64,000 bases of DNA from the human T2T-CHM13v2.0 reference genome, Homo sapiens: assembly GCF_009914755.1 (NCBI RefSeq), contig NC_060925.1. One strand, 5' to 3'. Within the stretch, counting starts at the first letter, position 1; every line of letters starts with the position of its first letter. The position numbers and the translations under genes are program-made. Shown here piece by piece: positions 1 through 13,700 of the stretch. The notes beneath the pieces are model-generated. The model was given only the letters and a program-made list of their open reading frames with translations, ran no database searches and had not been told where the DNA came from.

Positions 1-141
1 TCAAATGGAACCGAATGGAATCCTCATTGAATGGAAATGAAAGGGGTCATCATCTAATGGAATCGCATGGAATCATCATCAAATGGAATCGAACGGAATC
101 ATCATCAAATGGAATCTAATGGAATCATTGAACAGAATTGA

Positions 142-1204
142 ATGGAATCGTCATCGAATGAATTGAATGCAATCATCGAATGGTCTCGAATGGAATCATC
201 TTCTAATGGAAAGGAATGGAATCATCGCATAGAATCGAATGGAATTATCATCGAATGGAATCGAATGGTATCAACACCAAACGGAAAAAAACGGAATTAT
301 CGAATGGAATCGAAGAGAATCTTCGAACGGACCTGAATGGAATCATCTAATGGAATGGAATGGAATAATCCATGGACTCGAATGCAATCATCATCGAATG
401 GAATCGAATGGAATCATCGAATGGACTCGAATGGAATAATCATTGAACGGAATCGAATGGAATCATCACCGGATGGAAACGAATGGAATCATCATCGAAT
501 GGAAATGAAAGGAGTCATCATCTCATGGAATTGCATGGAATCATCATAAAATGGAATCGAATGGAATCAACATCAAATGGAATCAAATGGAATCATTGAA
601 CGGAATTGAATGGAATCGTCATCGAATGAATTGACTGCAATCATCGAATGGTCTCGAATGGAATCATCTTCAAATGGAATGGAATGGAATCATCGCATAG
701 AATCGAATGGAAGTATCATCGAATGGAATCGAATGGAATCAACATCAAACGGAAAAAAACGGAATTATCGAATGGAATCGAAGAGAATCATCGAATGGAC
801 CCGAATGGAATCATCTAATGGAATGGAATGGAATAATCCATGGACTCGAATGCAATCATCATCGAATGGAATCGAATGGAATCATCGAATGAACTCGAAT
901 GGAATCATCATTGAATGGAATCGAATGGAATCATCGAGTGGAATCGAATGGAATTATGATCAAATGGAATCGAATGTAATCATCATCAAATGGAATCAAA
1001 AATAACCATCATCAATTGGTATTGAATGGAATTGTCATCAAAAGGAATTCAAAGGAATCATCATCAAATGGAACCGAATGGAATCCTCATTGAATGGAAA
1101 TGAATGGGGTCATCATCTAATGGAATCGCATGGAATCATCATCAAATGGAATCGAATGGAATCATCATCAAATGGAATCTAATGGAATCATTGAACAGAA
1201 TTGA
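142..1204 (+). repeat. 1,063-bp deletion-variant unit (1776-713), haplotype I
   Basis: Spacing 142 to 1205; junction CATCG-AATG-AACTCG at 888-891; markers ACCTGAATG, AAGTATC, AAAAGGAATTC. Confidence 0.92.
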
Positions 1205-2512
1205 ATGGAATCGTCATCGAATGAATTGAATGCAATCATCGAATGGTCTCGAATGGAATCATCTTCTAATGGAAAGGAATGGAATCATCGCATAGAATCG
1301 AATGGAATTATCATCGAATGGAATCGAATGGTATCAACACCAAACGGAAAAAAACGGAATTATCGAATGGAATCGAAGAGAATCTTCGAACGGACCCGAA
1401 TGGAATCATCTAATGGAATGGAATGGAATAATCCATGGACTCGAATGCAATCATCATCGAATGGAATCGAATGGAATCATCGAATGGACTCGAATGGAAT
1501 AATCATTGAACGGAAACGAATGGAATCATCATCGGATGGAAATGAATGGAATCATCATCGAATGGAATCGAATAGAATTATGGAATGAAATCCAGTGTGA
1601 TCATCATCGAATGGACCCGAATGGAATCATCATCCAACGGAAGCTAATGGAATCAACATCGAATGAATCGAATGGAAACACCATCGAATTGAAACGAATG
1701 GAATTATCATGAAATTGAAATGGATGGACTCATCATCGAATGGATTCGAATGGAATCATCGAATAAAATTGATTGAAATCATCATCGAATGGAATCGAAT
1801 TGTATCATTGAATGGAATCGAATGGAATCATCATCAGATGGAAATGAATGGAATCGTCATAGAATGGAATCGAATGGATTCATTGAATGGAATCAGATGG
1901 AATCATCGAATGGACTGGAATGGAATCATTGAATGGACTCAAAAGGGATCATGATTGAATGGAGTTGAATGGAATCATCGAATGGTCTCGATTGGAATCA
2001 TTATCAAATGGAATCGAATGGAATCACCGAATAGAATCGAATGGAACAATCATCGAATGGACTCAAATGGAATTATCCTCCAATGGAATCGAATGGAATT
2101 ATCGAATGCAATCGAATGGAATTATCGAATGCAATCGAATAGAATCATCGAATGGACTCGAATGGAATCATCGAATGGAATGGAATGGAACAGTCAATGA
2201 ACTCGAATGGAATCATCATTGAATGGAATCGAATGGAATCATCGAGTGGAATCGAATGGAATTATGATCAAATGGAATCGAATATAATCATCATCAAATG
2301 GAATCAAAAATAACCATCATCAATTGGTATTGAATGGAATTCTCATCAAATGGAATTCAAAAGAATCATCATCAAATGGAACTGAATGGAATCCTCATTG
2401 AATGGAAATGAAAGGGGTCATCATCTAATGGAATCGCATGGAATCATCATCAAATGGAATCGAATGGAATCATCATCAAATGGAATCTGATGGAATCATT
2501 GAACAGAATTGA
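1205..2512 (+). repeat. 1,308-bp variant unit (1776-468) with a single A/B hybrid subunit
   Basis: Spacing 1205 to 2513; A-type bases up to 1391, B-type from 1543. Confidence 0.9.
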
Positions 2513-3967
2513 ATGGAATCGTCATCGAATGAATTGAATGCAATCATCGAATGGTCTCGAATGCAATCACATTCTAATGGAAAGGAATGGAATCATCGCA
2601 TAGAATCGAATGGAATTAACATTGAATGGACTCGAATGGAATCAACATCAAACGGAATCAAGCGGAATTATCGAATGGAATCGAAGAGAATCATCGAATG
2701 GACTCGAATGGAATCATCTTCTAATGGAAAGGAATGGAATCATCGCATAGAATCGAATGGAATTATCATCGAATGGAATCGAATGGTATCAACACCAAAC
2801 GGAAAAAAACGGAATTATCGAATGGAATCGAAGAGAATCTTCGAACGGACCCGAATGGAATCATCTAATGGAATGGAATGGAATAATCCATGGACTCGAA
2901 TGCAATCATCATCGAATGGAATCGAATGGAATCATCGAATGGACTCGAATGGAATAATCATTGAACGGAATCGAATGGAATCATCATCGGATGGAAATGA
3001 ATGTAATCATCATCGAATGGAATCGAATAGAATTATGGAATGAAATCCAGTGTGATCATCATCGAATGGACCCGAATTTAATCATCATCCAACGGAAGCT
3101 AATGGAATCAACATCGAATGAATCGAATGGAAACACCATCGAATTGAAACGAATGGAATTATCATGAAATTGAAATGGATGGACTCATCATCGAATGGAT
3201 TCGAATGGAATCATCGAATAAAATTGATTGAAATCATCATCAAATGGAATCGAATGGTATCATTGAATGGAATCGAATGGAATCATCATCAGATGGAAAT
3301 GAATGGAATCGTCATAGAATGGAATCGAATGGATTCATTGAATGGAATCAGATGGAATCATCGAATGGACTGGAATGGAATCATTGAATGGACTCGAAAG
3401 GGATCATGATTGAATGGAATTGAATGGAATCATCGAATGGTCTCGATTGGAATCATTATCAAATGGAATCGAATGGAATCACCGAATAGAATCGAATGGA
3501 ACAATCATCGAATGGACTCAAATGGAATTATCCTCAAATGGAATCGAATGGAATTATCGAATGCAATCGAATGGAATTATCGAATGCAATCGAATAGAAT
3601 CATCGAATGGACTCGAATGGAATCATCAAATGGAATGGAATGGAACAGTCAATGAACTCGAATGGAATCATCATTGAATGGAATCGAATGGAATCATCGA
3701 GTGGAATCGAATGGAATTATGATCAAATGGAATCGAATGTAATCATCATCAAATGGAATCAAAAATAACCATCATCAATTGGTATTGAATGGAATTGTCA
3801 TCAAATGGAATTCAAAGGAATCATCATCAAGTGGAACCGAATGGAATCCTCATTGAATGGAAATGAAAGGGGTCATCATCTAATGGAATCGCATGGAATC
3901 ATCATCAAATGGAATCGAATGGAATCATCATCAAATGGAATCTAATGGAGTCATTGAACAGAATTGA
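2513..3967 (+). repeat. 1,455-bp variant unit (1308+147)
   Basis: Spacing 2513 to 3968; extra diverged 147-bp segment at about 2561-2707 containing AAACGGAATCAAGCGG. Confidence 0.9.
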
Positions 3968-4748
3968 ATGGAATCGTCATCGAATGAATTGAATGCAATC
4001 ATCGAATGGTCTCGAATGGAATCATCTTCTAATGGAAAGGAATGGAATCATCGCATAGAATCGAATGGAATTATCATCGAATGGAATCGAATGGTATCAA
4101 CACCAAACGGAAAAAAACGGAATTATCGAATGGAATCGAAGAGAATCTTCGAACGGACCCGAATGGAATCATCTAATGGAATGGAATGGAATAATCCATG
4201 GACTCGAATGCAATCATCATCGAATGGAATCGAATGGAGTCATCGAATGGACTCGAATGGAATAATCATTGAACGGAATCGAATGGAATCATCATCGGAT
4301 GGAAACGAATGGAATCATCATCGAATGGAAATGAAAGGAGTCATCATCTAATGGAATTGCATGGAATCATCATAAAATGGAATCGAATGGAATCAACATC
4401 AAATGGAATCAAATGGAATCATTGAACGGAATTGAATGGAATCGTCATCGAATGAATTGACTGCAATCATCGAATGGTCTCGAATGGAATCATCTTCAAA
4501 TGGAATGGAATGGAATCATCGCATAGAATCGAATGGAATTATCATCGAATGGAATCGAATGGAATCAACATCAAACGGAAAAAAACAGAATTATCGTATG
4601 GAATCTAAGAGAATCATCGAATGGACCCGAATGGAATCATCTAATGGAATGGAATGGAATAATCCATGGACTCGAATGCAATCATCATCGAATGGAATCG
4701 AATGGAATCATCGAATGGACTCGAATGGAATAATCATTGAACGGAATA

Positions 4749-7700
4749 GAATGGAATCATCATCGGATGGAAATGAATGGAATCATCATCGAATGGAATC
4801 GAATAGAATTATGGAATGAAATCCAGTGTGATCATCATCGAATGGACCCGAATGGAATCATCATCCAACGGAAGCTAATGGAATCAACATCGAATGAATC
4901 GAATGGAAACACCATCGAATTGAAACGAATGGAATTATCATGAAATTGAAATGGATGGACACATCATCGAATGGATTCGAATGGAATCATCGAAGAAAAT
5001 TGATTGAAATCATCATCAAATGGAATCGAATGGTATCATTGAAAGGAATCGAATGGAATCATCATCAGATGGAAATGAATGGAATCGTCATAGAATGGAA
5101 TCGAATGGATTCATTGAATGGAATCAGATGGAATCATCGAATGGACTGGAATGGAATCATTGAATGGACACGAAAGGGATCATTATTAAATGGAATTGAA
5201 TGGAATCATCGAATGTTCTCGATTGGAATCATTATCAAATGGAATCGAATGGAATCACCGAATAGAATCGAATGGAACAATCATGGAATGGACTCAAATG
5301 GAATTATCCTCAAATGGAATCGAATGGAATTATCGAATGCAATCGAATGGAATTATCGAATGCAATCGAATAGAATCATCGAATGGACTCGAATGGAATC
5401 ATCGAATGGAATGGAATGGAACAGTCAATGAACTCGAATGGAATCATCATTGAATGGAATCGAATGGAATCATCGAGTGGAATCGAATGGAATTATGATC
5501 AAATGGAATCGAATGTAATCATCATCAAATGGAATCAAAAATAACCATCATCAATTGGTATTGAATGGAATTGTCATCAAATGGAATTCAAAGGAATCAT
5601 CATCAAGTGGAACCGAATGGAATCCTCATTGAATGGAAATGAAAGGGGTCATCATCTAATGGAATCGCATGGAATCATCATCAAATGGAATCGAATGGAA
5701 TCATCATCAAATGGAATCTAATGGAATCATTGAACAGAATTGAATGGAATCGTCATCGAATGAATTGAATGCAATCATCGAATGGTCTCGAATGGAATCA
5801 TCTTCTAATGGAAAGGAATGGAATCATCGCATAGAATCGAATGGAATTATCATCGAATGGAATCGAATGGTATCAACACCAAACGGAAAAAAACGGAATT
5901 ATCGAATGGAATCGAAGAGAATCTTCGAACGGACCCGAATGGAATCATCTAATGGAATGGAATGGAATAATCCATGGACTCGAATGCAATCATCATCGAA
6001 TGGAATCGAATGGAGTCATCGAATGGACTCGAATGGAATAATCATTGAACGGAATCGAATGGAATCATCATCGGATGGAAACGAATGGAATCATCATCGA
6101 ATGGAAATGAAAGGAGTCATCATCTAATGGAATTGCATGGAATCATCATAAAATGGAATCGAATGGAATCAACATCAAATGGAATCAAATGGAATCATTG
6201 AACGGAATTGAATGGAATCGTCATCGAATGAATTGACTGCAATCATCGAATGGTCTCGAATGGAATCATCTTCAAATGGAATGGAATGGAATCATCGCAT
6301 AGAATCGAATGGAATTATCATCGAATGGAATCGAATGGAATCAACATCAAACGGAAAAAAACAGAATTATCGTATGGAATCTAAGAGAATCATCGAATGG
6401 ACCCGAATGGAATCATCTAATGGAATGGAATGGAATAATCCATGGACTCGAATGCAATCATCATCGAATGGAATCGAATGGAATCATCGAATGGACTCGA
6501 ATGGAATAATCATTGAACGGAATAGAATGGAATCATCATCGGATGGAAATGAATGGAATCATCATCGAATGGAATCGAATACAATTATGGAAGGAAATCC
6601 AGTGTGATCATCATCGAATGGACCCGAATGGAATCATCATCCAACGGAAGCTAATGGAATCAACATCGAATGAATCGAATGGAAACACCATCGAATTGAA
6701 ACGAATGGAATTATCATGAAATTGAAATGGATGGACTCATCATCGAATGGATTCGAATGGATAAAATTGATTGAAATCATCATCAAATGGAATCGAATGG
6801 TATCATTGAATGGAATCGAATGGAATCATCATCAGATGGAAATGAATGGAATCGTCATAGAATGGAATCGAATGGATTCATTGAATGGAATCAGATGGAA
6901 TCATCGAATGGACTGGAATGGAATCATTGAATGGACTCGAAAGGGATCACTATTGAATGGAATTGAATGGAATCATCGAATGGTCTCGATTGGAATCATT
7001 ATCAAATGGAATCGAATGGAATCACCGAATAGAATCGAATGGAACAATCATCGAATGGACTCAAATGGAATTATCCTCAAATGGAATCGAATGGAATTAT
7101 CGAATGCAATCGAATGGAATTATCGAATGCAATCGAATAGAATCATCGAAAGGACTCGAATGGAATCATCGAATGGAATGGAATGGAACAGTCAATGAAC
7201 TCGAATGGAATCATCATTGAATGGAATCGAATGGAATCATCGAGTGGAATTGAATGGAATTATGATCAAATGGAATCGAATGTAATCATCATCAAATGGA
7301 ATCAAAAATAACCATCATCAATTGGTATTGAATGGAATTGTCATCAAATGGAATTCAAAGGAATCATCATCAAATGGAACCGAATGGAATCCTCATTGAA
7401 TGGAAATGAAAGGGGTCATCATCTAATGGAATCGCATGGAATCATCATCAAATGGAATCGAATGGAATCATCATCAAATGGAATCTAATGGAATCATTGA
7501 ACAGAATTGAATGGAATCGTCATCGAATGAATTGAATGCAATCATCGAATGGTCTCGAATGGAATCATCTTCTAATGGAAAGGAATGGAATCATCGCATA
7601 AAATCGAATGGAATTATCATCGAATGGAATCGAATGGTATCAACACCAAACGGAAAAAAACGGAATTATCGAATGGAATCGAAGAGAATCTTCGAACGGA

Positions 7701-10700
7701 CCCGAATGGAATCATCTAATGGAATGGAATGGAATAATCCATGGACTCGAATGCAATCATCATCGAATGGAATCGAATGGAATCATCGAATGGACTCGAA
7801 TGGAATAATCATTGAACGGAATCGAATGGAATCATCATCGGATGGAAACGAATGGAATCATCATCGAATGGAAATGAAAGGAGTCATCATCTAATGGAAT
7901 TGCATGGAATCATCATAAAATGGAATCGAATGGAATCAACATCAAATGGAATCAAATGGAATCATTGAACGGAATTGAATGGAATCGTCATCGAATGAAT
8001 TGACTGCAATCATCGAATGGTCTCGAATGGAATCATCTTCAAATGGAATGGAATGGAATCATCGCATAGAATCGAATGGAATTATCATCGAATGGAATCG
8101 AATGGAATCAACATCAAACGGAAAAAAACAGAATTATCGTATGGAATCGAAGAGAATCATCGAAGGGACCCGAATGGAATCATCTAATGGAATGGAATGG
8201 AATAATCCATGGACTCGAATGCAATCATCATCGAATGGAATCGAATGGAATCATCGAATGGACTCGAATGGAATAATCATTGAACGGAATCGAATGGAAT
8301 CATCATCGGATGGAAATGAATGGAATCATCATCGAATGGAATCGAATAGAATTATGGAATGAAATCCAGTGTGATCATCATCGAATGGACCCGAATGGAA
8401 TCATCATCCAACGGAAGCTAATGGAATCAACATCGAATGAATCGAATGGAAACACCATCGAATTGAAACGAATGGAATTATCATGAAATTGAAATGGATG
8501 GACTCATCATCGAATGGATTCGAATGGAATCATCGAATAAAATTGATTGAAATCATCATCCAATGGAATCGAATGGTATCATTGAATGGAATCGAATGGA
8601 ATCATCATCAGATGGAAATGAATGGAATCGTCATAGAATGGAATCGAATGGATTCATTGAATGGAATCAGATGGAATCATCGAATGGACTGGAATGGAAT
8701 CATTGAATGGACTCGAAAGGGATCATTATTGAATGGAATTGAATGGAATCATCGAATGGTCTCGATTGGAATCATTATCAAATGGAATCGAATGGAATCA
8801 CCGAACAGAATCGTATGGGACAATCATCGAATGGACTCAAATGGAATTATCCTCAAATGGAATGGAATGGAATTATCGAATGCAATCGAATGGAATTATC
8901 GAATGCAATCGAATAGAATCATCGAATGGACTCGAATGGAATCATCGAATGGAATGGAATGGAACAGTCAATGAACTCGAATGGAATCATCATTGAAAGG
9001 AATCGAATGGAATCATCGAGTGGAATCGAATGGAATTATGATCAAATGGAATCGAATGTAATCATCATCAAATGGAATCAAAAATAACCATCATCAATTG
9101 GTATTGAATGGAATTGTCATCAAATGGAATTCAAAGGAATCATCATCAAATGGAACCGAATGGAATCCTCATTGAATGGAAATGAAAGGGGTCATCATCT
9201 AATGGAATCGCATGGAATCATCATCAAATGGAATCGAATGGAATCATCATCAAATGGTATCTAATGGAATCATTGAACAGAATTGAATGGAATCGTCATC
9301 GAATGAATTGAATGCAATCATCGAATGGTCTCGAATGGAATCATCTTCTAATGGAAAGGAATGGAATCATCGCATAGAATCGAATGGAATTATCATCGAA
9401 TGGAATCGAATGGTATCAACACCAAACGGAAAAAAACGGAATTATCGAATGGAATCGAAGAGAATCTTCGAACGGACCCGAATGGAATCATCTAATGGAA
9501 TGGAATGGAATAATCCATGGACTCGAATGCAATCATCATCGAATGGAATCGAATGGAATCATCGAATGGACTCGAATGGAATAATCATTGAACGGAATCG
9601 AATGGAATCATCATCGGATGGAAACGAATGGAATCATCATCGAATGGAAATGAAAGGAGTCATCATCTAATGGAATTGCATGGAATCATCATAAAATGGA
9701 ATCGAATGGAATCAACATCAAATGGAATCAAATGGAATCATTGAACGGAATTGAATGGAATCGTCATCGAATGAATTGACTGCAATCATCGAATGGTCTC
9801 GAATGGAATCATCTTCAAATGGAATGGAATGGAATCATCGCATAGAATCGAATGGAATTATCATCGAATGGAATCGAATGGAATCAACATCAAACGGAAA
9901 AAAACGGAATTATCGAATGGAATCGAAGAGAATCATCGAATGGACCCGAATGGAATCATCTAATGGAATGGAATGGAATAATCCATGGACTCGAATGCAA
10001 TCATCATCGAATGGAATCGAATGGAATCATCGAATGGACTCGAATGGAATAATCATTGAACGGAATCGAATGGAATCATCATCGGATGGAAATGAATGGA
10101 ATCATCATCGAATGGAATCGAATAGAATTATGGAATGAAATCCAGCGTGATCATCATCGAATGGACCCGAATGGAATCATCATCCAACGGAAGCTAATGG
10201 AATCAACATCGAATGAATCGAATGGAAACACCATCGAATTGAAACGAATGGAATTATAATGAAATTGAAATGGATGGACTCATCATCGAATGGATTCGAA
10301 TGGAATCATCGAATAAAATTGATTGAAATCATCATCCAATGGAATCGAATGGTATCATTGAATGGAATGGAATGGAATCATCATCAGATGGAAATGAATG
10401 GAATCGTCATAGAATGGAATCGAATGGATTCATTGAATGGAATCAGATGGAATCATCGAATGGACTGGAATGGAATCATTGAATGGACTCGAAAGGGATC
10501 ATGATTGAATGGAATTGAATGGAATCATCGAATGGTCTCGATTGGAATCATTATCAAATGGAATCGAATGGAATCACCGAATAGAATCGAATGGAACAGT
10601 CATCGCATGGACTCAAATGGAATTATCCTCAAATGGAATCGAATGGAATTATCGAATGCAATCGAATGGAATTATCGAATGCAATCGAATAGAATCATCG

Positions 10701-13700
10701 AATGGACTCGAATGGAATCATCGAATGGAATGGAATGGAACAGTCAATGAACTCGAATGGAATCATCATTGAATGGAATCGAATGGAATCATCGAGTGGA
10801 ATCGAATGGAATTATGATCAAATGGAATCGAATGTAATCATCATCAAATGGAATCAAAAATAACCATCATCAATTGGTATTGAATGGAATTGTCATCAAA
10901 TGGAATTCAAAGGAATCATCATCAAATGGAACCGAATGGAATCCTCATTGAATGGAAATGAAAGGGGTCATCATCTAATGGAATCGCATGGAATCATCAT
11001 CAAATGGAATCGAATGGAATCATCATCAAATGGAATCTAATGGAATCATTGAACAGAATTGAATGGAATCGTCATCGAATGAATTGAATGCAATCATCGA
11101 ATGGTCTCGAATGGAATCATCTTCTAATGGAAAGGAATGGAATCATCGCATAGAATCGAATGGAATTATCATCGAATGGAATCGAATGGTATCAACACCA
11201 AACGGAAAAAAACGGAATTATCGAATGGAATCGAAGAGAATCTTCGAACGGACCCGAATGGAATCATCTAATGGAATGGAATGGAATAATCCATGGACTC
11301 GAATGCAAACATCATCAAATGGAATCGAATGGAATCATCGAATGGACTTGAATGGAATAATCATTGAACGGAATCGATTGGAATCATCATCGGATGGAAA
11401 CGAATGGAATCATCATCGAATGGAAATGAAAGGAGTCATCATCTAATGGAATTGCATGGAATCATCATAAAATGGAATCGAATGGAATCAACATCAAATG
11501 GAATCAAATGGAATCATTGAACGGAATTGAATGGAATCGTCATCGAATGAATTGACTGCAATCATCCAATGGTCTCGAATGGAATCATCTTCAAGTGGAA
11601 TGGAATGGAATCATCGCATAGAATCGAATGGAATTATCATCGAATGGAATCGAATGGAATCAACATCCAACGGAAAAAAACGGAATTATCGAATGGAATC
11701 GAAGAGAATCATCGAATGGACCCGAATGGAATCATCTAATGGAATGGAATGGAATAATCCATGGACTCGAATGCAATCATCATCGAATGGAATCGAATGG
11801 AATCATCGAATGGACTCGAATGGAATAATCATTGAACGGAATCGAATGGAATCATCATCGGATGGAAATGAATGGAATCATCATCGAATGGAATCGAATA
11901 GAATTATGGAATGAAATCCAGTGTGATCATCATCGAATGGACCCGAATGGAATCATCATCCAACGGAAGCTAATGGAATCAACATCGAATGAATCGAATG
12001 GAAACACCATCGAATTGAAACGAATGGAATTATCATGAAATTGAAATGGATGGACACATCATCGAATGGATTCGAATGGAATCATCGAAGAAAATTGATT
12101 GAAATCATCATCAAATGGAATCGAATGGTATCATTGAAAGGAATCGAATGGAATCATCATCAGATGGAAATGAATGGAATCGTCATAGAATGGAATCGAA
12201 TGGATTCATTGAATGGAATCAGATGGAATCATCGAATGGACTGGAATGGAATCATTGAATGGACACGAAAGGGATCATTATTGAATGGAATTGAATGGAA
12301 TCATCGAATGTTCTCGATTGGAATCATTATCAAATGGAATCGAATGGAATCACCGAATAGAATCGAATGGAACAATCATGGAATGGACTCAAATGGAATT
12401 ATCCTCAAATGGAATCGAATGGAATTATCGAATGCAATCGAATGGAATTATCGAATGCAATCGAATAGAATCATCGAATGGACTCGAATGGAATCATCGA
12501 ATGGAATGGAATGGAACAGTCAATGAACTCGAATGGAATCATCATTGAATGGAATCGAATGGAATCATCGAGTGGAATCGAATGGAATTATGATCAAATG
12601 GAATCGAATGTAATCATCATCAAATGGAATCAAAAATAACCATCATCAATTGGTATTGAATGGAATTGTCATCAAATGGAATTCAAAGGAATCATCATCA
12701 AGTGGAACCGAATGGAATCCTCATTGAATGGAAATGAAAGGGGTCATCATCTAATGGAATCGCATGGAATCATCATCAAATGGAATCGAATGGAATCATC
12801 ATCAAATGGAATCTAATGGAATCATTGAACAGAATTGAATGGAATCGTCATCGAATGAATTGAATGCAATCATCGAATGGTCTCGAATGGAATCATCTTC
12901 TAATGGAAAGGAATGGAATCATCGCATAGAATCGAATGGAATTATCATCGAATGGAATCGAATGGTATCAACACCAAACGGAAAAAAACGGAATTATCGA
13001 ATGGAATCGAAGAGAATCTTCGAACGGACCCGAATGGAATCATCTAATGGAATGGAATGGAATAATCCATGGACTCGAATGCAATCATCATCTAATGGAA
13101 TCGAATGGAGTCATCGAATGGACTCGAATGGAATAATCATTGAACGGAATCGAATGGAATCATCATCGGATGGAAACGAATGGAATCATCATCGAATGGA
13201 AATGAAAGGAGTCATCATCTAATGGAATTGCATGGAATCATCATAAAATGGAATCGAATGGAATCAACATCAAATGGAATCAAATGGAATCATTGAACGG
13301 AATTGAATGGAATCGTCATCGAATGAATTGACTGCAATCATCGAATGGTCTCGAATGGAATCATCTTCAAATGGAATGGAATGGAATCATCGCATAGAAT
13401 CGAATGGAATTATCATCGAATGGAATCGAATGGAATCAACATCAAACGGAAAAAAACAGAATTATCGTATGGAATCTAAGAGAATCATCGAATGGACCCG
13501 AATGGAATCATCTAATGGAATGGAATGGAATAATCCATGGACTCGAATGCAATCATCATCGAATGGAATCGAATGGAATCATCGAATGGACTCGAATGGA
13601 ATAATCATTGAACGGAATAGAATGGAATCATCATCGGATGGAAATGAATGGAATCATCATCGAATGGAATCGAATACAATTATGGAAGGAAATCCAGTGT

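Noticed and set aside
280-296. A7 tract (CGGAAAAAAACGG) as a poly(A) tail or terminator
   Set aside because: It is a fixed degenerate part of the A/B subunits, with no retroelement body or target-site duplication.
1760-1780. AATAAA polyadenylation signal once per full unit
   Set aside because: It is expected by chance in A-rich sequence, is lost in some units, and has no transcript evidence here.
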